A stretch of 64,000 bases of DNA, taken from positions 215,848 to 279,847 of the forward strand of contig DMZH01000001.1 of NCBI GenBank assembly GCA_003484955.1, read 5' to 3'. Shown in pieces: positions 58,961-64,000 of this stretch. Under the pieces are notes generated by a model. It searched no databases and was not told the origin of the DNA. It saw only the letters and a program-made list of their open reading frames with translations. Source of the stretch: Candidatus Woesebacteria bacterium. GTDB lineage: Bacteria > Patescibacteriota > Microgenomatia > UBA8517. The position numbers and the translations under genes are program-made. Numbering within the stretch: the stretch's first letter is position 1; each line of letters opens with the position of its first letter.

Positions 58961-59016
58961 TGCTTCCATAGTTTACCCGGGTTGACTTTTTTGCCGTTAA
59001 AGTGGAGAATGGACAC

Positions 59017-59820
59017 ATGTCAGAGAAAGTAAAATCCTCAAAAAGCCTCCAGCAATTCCTAGTTCCGGCACTGGTAATCGTAGCTATTGGCCTGGCTTTC
59101 CTGTCAGGAACGCTTCTCCAAAAAGTAAAAAATTATGAAAAAGACGGAAATGTCGGTATAGCTACAAAAGACACCACTGAAGCACAGCCATCGGTATCAC
59201 TGGATACAATCAAGAATCTTTTCGGTAAGGATTTAATTAAATTTGGAGATGTCGATCGCAAAATTCTATTTGTCGAAATGGCGGATCCAAGCTGTCCTTA
59301 CTGCGCTGCGGCTGACGGAAAAAATCACTCGATATACACAAGTATTGGGGAAAATTTTCGACTTACCGCGGATGGGGGACAATATGTAGCACCCGGACCC
59401 GAGATGAAAAAACTGGTTGATTCGGGACAGGCATCTTACGCTTACATTTACTATCCCGGACACGGCAATGGGGAAATGGGAATGAAAGCCCTTTATTGTG
59501 CCAATGAAAAAGGTAAATTCTGGGAAGCACACGACCTTATTATGAGTGACGCCGGCTATACTTTGGTAAATACTACGGTTAAAAATGATAAAACAAAATC
59601 GGGCACAGTTGCTGATTTTTTGGGAAGCGTAATCGATCCAAGTTTTATAAAATCATGTCTGGACAGCGGTAAATATGACGCAAGACTGCAGAGTGACCAG
59701 GAATTGGCGGTAAGCCTGGGATTTAAAGGAACCCCCACATTTTATATAAACGCAACCAGTTTTCCCGGTGCGTATAATTATACCGATATGAAATCCGCAA
59801 TTGACTCCGCTTTGAAATAA
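59017..59820 (+). CDS. DsbA/thioredoxin-fold membrane-anchored oxidoreductase
   Basis: TM, CPYC, GTPTFYIN. Confidence 0.88.
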   Translation: MSEKVKSSKSLQQFLVPALVIVAIGLAFLSGTLLQKVKNYEKDGNVGIATKDTTEAQPSVSLDTIKNLFGKDLIKFGDVDRKILFVEMADPSCPYCAAADGKNHSIYTSIGENFRLTADGGQYVAPGPEMKKLVDSGQASYAYIYYPGHGNGEMGMKALYCANEKGKFWEAHDLIMSDAGYTLVNTTVKNDKTKSGTVADFLGSVIDPSFIKSCLDSGKYDARLQSDQELAVSLGFKGTPTFYINATSFPGAYNYTDMKSAIDSALK

Positions 59821-59835
59821 ATCATTATAAATGTC

Positions 59836-60657
59836 ATGAGGAAACAAGGAAGTAAAATCAGCGAAGCTTCGATCTCACAAATAAAAATTAATATTCCCGT
59901 AAAAGGAAATGCCATCTTGGAAAAAATTCTTGATATGGTGAATTCAAATAGGGAAATAAAGACTCTTTGGAGAATAATGAATGTAAACGCAATTGAACGG
60001 CTTGGATATACGGATCACGGGCCGATGCATTTTAATTTTGTTGCCAATTACGCTTTACAGATTGCACGGATTTTTGAAAACAAGGGGATCCCGTTTTCAA
60101 TCGTAAAAGACTTTGGCCTGACGAATGACCATGCCGAGGTGGTAATTTTTTTGGCCTCCCTAATGCACGATCTTGGAATGAGCATCCATAGAGTCAACCA
60201 TGAAATTTTCAGCCTTTTCATTGCCCGCGATTTTTTGAAGGAAATACTGGATTTTATGCCAGTCGAAGAAAAAACAGTTGTCCTGAGCGAAACACTGCAC
60301 GCGATTATTAGCCATAGCCATGGAAGTGCCGGCAAGACTTCGACTGTCGAAGGAGGAATTGTCAGAATCGCGGATGCCCTTGATATGAGTAAAGGTAGAA
60401 GCAGAATTCCGTACCAGATGGGAAAAATCGATATTCACTCGGTATCCGCCAACGCCATTGAAAGCGTCAAAGTTACCGAGGGCAAAGACAAACCGGTTGA
60501 GGTTAGGATTGTTATGACAACGGAAGCTGGAGTTTTTCAGGTAGATGACTTTATTGAGGAAAAACTAGAGGTTTCAGGACTTACCAAATACATCGACGTA
60601 AAGTCTTTCTTAAAGGAACATGGCACAGAGAAGCTTTATAAGCATTATTCTTCCTGA
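59836..60657 (+). CDS. HD-domain phosphohydrolase
   Basis: DHGPMH, MHDLG, H, ADALD. Confidence 0.88.
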   Translation: MRKQGSKISEASISQIKINIPVKGNAILEKILDMVNSNREIKTLWRIMNVNAIERLGYTDHGPMHFNFVANYALQIARIFENKGIPFSIVKDFGLTNDHAEVVIFLASLMHDLGMSIHRVNHEIFSLFIARDFLKEILDFMPVEEKTVVLSETLHAIISHSHGSAGKTSTVEGGIVRIADALDMSKGRSRIPYQMGKIDIHSVSANAIESVKVTEGKDKPVEVRIVMTTEAGVFQVDDFIEEKLEVSGLTKYIDVKSFLKEHGTEKLYKHYSS

Positions 60658-61184
60658 ATTGATTCCAGAACCTTGTAGACTATAACAGCCGCAGATCCCC
60701 AGACGTTGAGCGACTTATTTACACCAAACATGGGAAGCTCAACTATTACATCTGCCAAGTCCAGTACTTCTTTTGAAATCCCGTCAGTTTCGTTGCCAAC
60801 GACTATCGCGACAGGAAGCCCCACCTTGGCACCCAGTACAGAGTAGGGAGTACTTAGTGAGGACTGTTCTACGGCAATGATTTGCATCCCTTTCTGTTTT
60901 AACTCTTTCACCAAATCTATCGTATTTTCCTTTTTTTCCCAAGGAACCCATTCTTCGGTTCCAACAGCCGCCTTGTGGATCCGGCTGTTTGGGGGGTACT
61001 CGGTATCACCGCAGATGTATATTTTTTCAGCGGCGATTGCGTCGGCAAGACGGAATAAAGAGCCAATATTGTAGGTATCTATTACTCGATCTAAAACCAA
61101 GTAAATTGGTTTTCTTTTTATTGTTGAATACGTTTCCGGAATAGGGCGGGTACGCCTCAAATCTTTTGCACCAAGCTTAAACAT
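60645..61184 (-). CDS. SpoU/TrmH family RNA methyltransferase
   Basis: NIGSLFR, VGNETDG, LPMFG..KSLNV. Confidence 0.92.
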   Translation of the reverse strand: MFKLGAKDLRRTRPIPETYSTIKRKPIYLVLDRVIDTYNIGSLFRLADAIAAEKIYICGDTEYPPNSRIHKAAVGTEEWVPWEKKENTIDLVKELKQKGMQIIAVEQSSLSTPYSVLGAKVGLPVAIVVGNETDGISKEVLDLADVIVELPMFGVNKSLNVWGSAAVIVYKVLESIQEE

Positions 61185-61186
61185 AA

Positions 61187-61210
61187 GTGAGCCATACGGG
61201 TCTGGAACCC
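61187..61210 (-). repeat. Degenerate copy of tRNA-Lys/Glu 3' end (att-like site A)
   Basis: GTGAGCCATACGGGTCTGGAACCC: 19/24 identical to 62629-62652 (tRNA-Lys) and 15/24 to 62544-62567 (tRNA-Glu). Confidence 0.7.
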
Positions 61211-61359
61211 TTTAGTCCCATAACTAGTAACTTTCGTAGTGTATCATATCAAGGCTAAATGAGACAAATGAGACACCATATAAAGGGATTGATGGAAACT
61301 CTTCTCTGGCAAGTTCACGTCATAGACTTATCTGAATAAAAGAGCCATAATGAAAATAT

Positions 61360-61653
61360 ATGGCAACTGATGAGGACTGGGATAGCTTTGAAAAGTTCAA
61401 GAAATATTACGTAGGCATTGCTTTTGGTATGGGTAGTGGCTTTATGTTGGGTTTATCTCGGACAACTAACGAACCCTCTCAATATATTATGGTTTCTGTT
61501 ATTGCTGGATTATTGGGTGTTGGTACTTCTCCATTTTATACATCGGGAAAATTAGTCGATAAAGTTAAAAAGGCTTTTGTGGGCACTGTAATTGGATTTA
61601 TTGTTGGATTAATACTAGCTTTTGTTTTGCTTCAAAATATTTCTTCAAACTAG
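61360..61653 (+). CDS. Small three-TM membrane protein (accessory)
   Basis: 97-aa hydrophobic ORF between att-like sites. Confidence 0.65.
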   Translation: MATDEDWDSFEKFKKYYVGIAFGMGSGFMLGLSRTTNEPSQYIMVSVIAGLLGVGTSPFYTSGKLVDKVKKAFVGTVIGFIVGLILAFVLLQNISSN

Positions 61654-61791
61654 CTATCTGGCATAGTCCTCTATTTTCTAAACGGGCAGGTTATTTTACA
61701 TTCTGTCTTTTTGTCACAATTGTAAACAAGGACGGTCATAAGAACCCCGTATACGAAAGGCCTTTTTACTACAATCATGCTGATAATTCCG

Positions 61792-61815
61792 GTGAGCCAA
61801 ACAAGTCTAAAACCT
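61792..61815 (-). repeat. Degenerate tRNA 3'-end copy (att-like site B)
   Basis: GTGAGCCAAACAAGTCTAAAACCT: 18/24 to site A, 14/24 to the tRNA-Lys end. Confidence 0.6.
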
Positions 61816-61834
61816 AGATAAGTGGTAATTATTT

Positions 61835-62434
61835 TCAAAACAGAGCTAGAACTCCAAGACTGATCACTAAAGACATTATTGCCAGAACAAAATTATCGAT
61901 CTGACCAGGATTTAATACATCTATCTTGCCGTCCTCTTGCCGGACGTTTTCATTATATTGATTTAAGTTAATTATTTTTTTACCAATCTTTATTGATACC
62001 TGATCAACTTTTAGTTGTGTTGCGTCAATCCCAGGCCACAGTTGGTGTTTTGTAGGCAAATTTTCGATCCAAAGCTTCTTATTATTAGCTTTGTTTAACT
62101 CGAAAACAAAAACCTTATCAGAACCTTTGTATTGACCAAGAAAATAATCCTCATTTAGTTTATCAATTGGATACTTTTTCAAAAAGAGTGATTTTTGGAA
62201 CTCCAAAGGAGCTTTATTTAATGCTCTAAAAATCAACGAATAAAATCCCAAATAAAAAGCTAGATTAAATATGCCCTCTTTAGTAATTAACCATAGAGAA
62301 TCGTTTAGTTTTAAACTACCACCGGCAATAAGAAGTATTACTAAAAAAATACTTAAAGAAAACAAAGGTCTAACTATGTTGGGAAGTTCATCGTAAAGAA
62401 GTTTAAACCAATTTTTTATTTCGTTATTATCCAT
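61835..62434 (-). CDS. Hypothetical membrane protein (accessory, AT-rich)
   Basis: 199 aa; two N-terminal TMs and one C-terminal TM. Confidence 0.7.
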   Translation of the reverse strand: MDNNEIKNWFKLLYDELPNIVRPLFSLSIFLVILLIAGGSLKLNDSLWLITKEGIFNLAFYLGFYSLIFRALNKAPLEFQKSLFLKKYPIDKLNEDYFLGQYKGSDKVFVFELNKANNKKLWIENLPTKHQLWPGIDATQLKVDQVSIKIGKKIINLNQYNENVRQEDGKIDVLNPGQIDNFVLAIMSLVISLGVLALF

Positions 62435-62544
62435 ATATTACAGGCCTCAAAAACGACATTCCAAGCAATTTGATCAATAATTAGCAAGCCTTATCGGGCT
62501 TTTCGGCGCAGGCCAACGGGTCGCGCTGAACCTTGCGATATATG

Positions 62545-62618
62545 TGACCCCATTGGGATTCGGACCCAAGATTTCTGGGATGAAAACCCAGCGTCCTAGA
62601 CCACTAGACGATGGGGCC
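62545..62618 (-). tRNA. tRNA-Glu(TTC)
   Basis: GGCCCCA/TGGGGTC-A; anticodon arm CTGGG-TT TTC AT-CCCAG; T loop TCCGAAT (variant). Confidence 0.9.
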
Positions 62619-62629
62619 ATGTTGATATG

Positions 62630-62701
62630 TGAGCCCTCTGGGACTCGAACCCAGAACCGCTTCCTTAAAAGGGAATTGCTCTACCATTGAGCTAAGGGCC
62701 C
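62630..62701 (-). tRNA. tRNA-Lys(TTT)
   Basis: GGGCCCT/AGGGCTC-A; anticodon loop CT TTT AA; T arm CTGGG-TTCGAGT-CCCAG. Confidence 0.92.
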
Positions 62702-62736
62702 TCATGGGGCACCTTGGATAAATGGCAAGATATTCT

Positions 62737-62756
62737 TACCATTGAGCTAAGGGCCC
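62737..62756 (-). repeat. Exact 20-bp duplicate of the tRNA-Lys 5' end
   Basis: TACCATTGAGCTAAGGGCCC at 62682-62701 and 62737-62756. Confidence 0.9.
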
Positions 62757-62805
62757 GCGTAAGCTCATATTTTACTCGTTTAGGGGTAATTCCTCAAGCT
62801 GGAGG

Positions 62806-63450
62806 TTAGACTCTTTCTTTTGATAGCCGTGTGGAAGTTTCTAATTCGATCTCAGGAATGGTTTTTTCAGCATTAACTACTATCAATCTGTCCTCGATTG
62901 CCAGCCTTTCTATTAGTGGTTTGGTTAATTCATGGAAGGTTCTCAACTTTTTTTCGACCGATTCCGGCCTATCATCATCCCTGAGGGGTAAGCCACTGAC
63001 TTTGGCAATATAATTTCTCATTTTAGATCTTTCTCTGGTAGTTTCATCGGAAACCGGATAATAAATATAGTTGGTGAATATTTCAAAATCCTTGGACATT
63101 TCGATAAACATATCATCCACCAGATTTAACTGCGTAACGGTCCTGGGAAATCCTGTAAACAGGAAAGTGGCAATGCCGTTTTCGGTCTTTTCCAGAAGTA
63201 CCTCTTTTACTATTTTGACGATTGGTTCATCCGGAATATAGCCCCCGGAATCTACATTGGCAATATATGGTTCCAAAATGCTGTGATATTTGACAAACTC
63301 TCCGACACAATCTCTTGCCCCTCTATAAATCTCCCCCGTGGAGAGTTTCACAGAGTCTTGCAACTTTTCAAGCAGAAGATTTGCCTGAGTGTCTTTGCCA
63401 GACCCACCCTTGCCGATAAAAAAGATAAATTGAAGGGATTCCTTTTCCAT
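62806..63450 (-). CDS. Adenylate/nucleoside monophosphate kinase family protein
   Basis: GKGGSGKDTQ, LSTGEIYR, GFPRT..Q, RDDD; likely start ATG 63450. Confidence 0.85.
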   Translation of the reverse strand: MEKESLQFIFFIGKGGSGKDTQANLLLEKLQDSVKLSTGEIYRGARDCVGEFVKYHSILEPYIANVDSGGYIPDEPIVKIVKEVLLEKTENGIATFLFTGFPRTVTQLNLVDDMFIEMSKDFEIFTNYIYYPVSDETTRERSKMRNYIAKVSGLPLRDDDRPESVEKKLRTFHELTKPLIERLAIEDRLIVVNAEKTIPEIELETSTRLSKERV

Positions 63451-63559
63451 ATGCGAAATATAACGGGGATCTTTGGAATAATCAAGATGAAACAAGCTCG
63501 CGGTTTTCGGGAAACTGGTATAAAATACACTTGCTGCAAAATATTTGTAGCGGTTTCTT

Positions 63560-63634
63560 TGGGGAGTCGTCTAATGGTAGGACAGCAGCCTTTGAAGCTG
63601 TTTATTCTAGGTTCGAATCCTAGCTCCCCAGCCA
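63560..63634 (+). tRNA. tRNA-Gln(TTG)
   Basis: TGGGGAG/CTCCCCA-G-CCA; anticodon arm GCAGC-CT TTG AA-GCTGT. Confidence 0.93.
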
Positions 63635-63663
63635 AGATCGACAAATCTGCTATAATTTACGCC

Positions 63664-64000
63664 ATGAGTTACGATTTACATTTATACAACGAGCCAAAAG
63701 GCAACCTATTAAGTCAGGAGGATTTAAAAAAACTAGATAGTGAATTTCGATACAGGATTAGTAAAATTAATCAAAATGGAAAAATTATCGGTTTTTATGT
63801 GGATTATAAAGACCGATTTAGGGAGAGTAGTTCAGAGCCTGGCTTTGAAGTTTATCATCAAGATGAGGAAGGTGAAGGGTATTATTGGACTAATATTTCC
63901 TATGGTGCTAATGAAGATGAGTTTAATGGTTTTGTAGAACTTTTTAGCAAAATTGCAGAGACTTTAAATTTAAAAATAATCGATCCCCAAATTGAGGACG
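63664..64000 (+). CDS. Hypothetical acidic protein (partial, runs off window end)
   Basis: Manual translation open from ATG 63664 to the end: MSYDLHLYNEPKG...IAETLNLKIIDPQIED. Confidence 0.7.
   Translation, partial: MSYDLHLYNEPKGNLLSQEDLKKLDSEFRYRISKINQNGKIIGFYVDYKDRFRESSSEPGFEVYHQDEEGEGYYWTNISYGANEDEFNGFVELFSKIAETLNLKIIDPQIED

Noticed and set aside
62484-62537. GC-rich structured segment after tRNA-Glu as an HDV-like/theta ribozyme
   Set aside because: Could not build the nested double pseudoknot (no P2 partner); may be a terminator-like hairpin or a recombinase-gene remnant.
63348-63937. ORFs 63348..63644 (-) and 63740..63937 (+)
   Set aside because: The first is antisense to tRNA-Gln and overlaps the kinase gene; the second is an alternate frame within the longer ORF starting at 63664.
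1-64000. Alternative genetic code (UGA recoding as in Gracilibacteria/Absconditabacteria)
   Set aside because: Conserved genes are full length under code 11 and several end properly at TGA (e.g. pgk, ftsH, mutM).

Overview
A gene-dense bacterial chromosome segment using the standard code. Gene content and style suggest Patescibacteria/CPR, probably Microgenomates; this is an inference. The core holds efp/epmA, a glycolysis and pentose-phosphate cluster, two class A PBPs, nrdR-nrdJ-pduO, a VirD4/TraD-like ATPase, a Xer-like recombinase, trpS, ftsH, repair genes (PolA-type 5'-3' exonuclease, mutM, recF, ATP-dependent ligase) and trxA/trxB. There are seven tRNA genes. Two are split by ORF-less group I introns (tRNA-Asn at 35/36, initiator-like tRNA-Met at 33/34), and one is a rare tRNA-Ile(UAU). 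A class-II cobalamin-riboswitch-like leader precedes an uncharacterised Zn-ribbon protein. The most striking unexplained structure is a tandem cassette array at the tRNA-Asn 3' end (646-2751). Each unit has one defence-like cargo gene (HEPN, then GIY-YIG) plus a convergent 41-45-codon 'tail' starting at a copy of the tRNA 3'-end core. The two tails are homologous in register and no recombinase lies in the array. A looser second array with degenerate tRNA 3'-end copies lies behind tRNA-Lys/Glu (61187-62652). All calls come from reading the sequence by eye; no searches were run.
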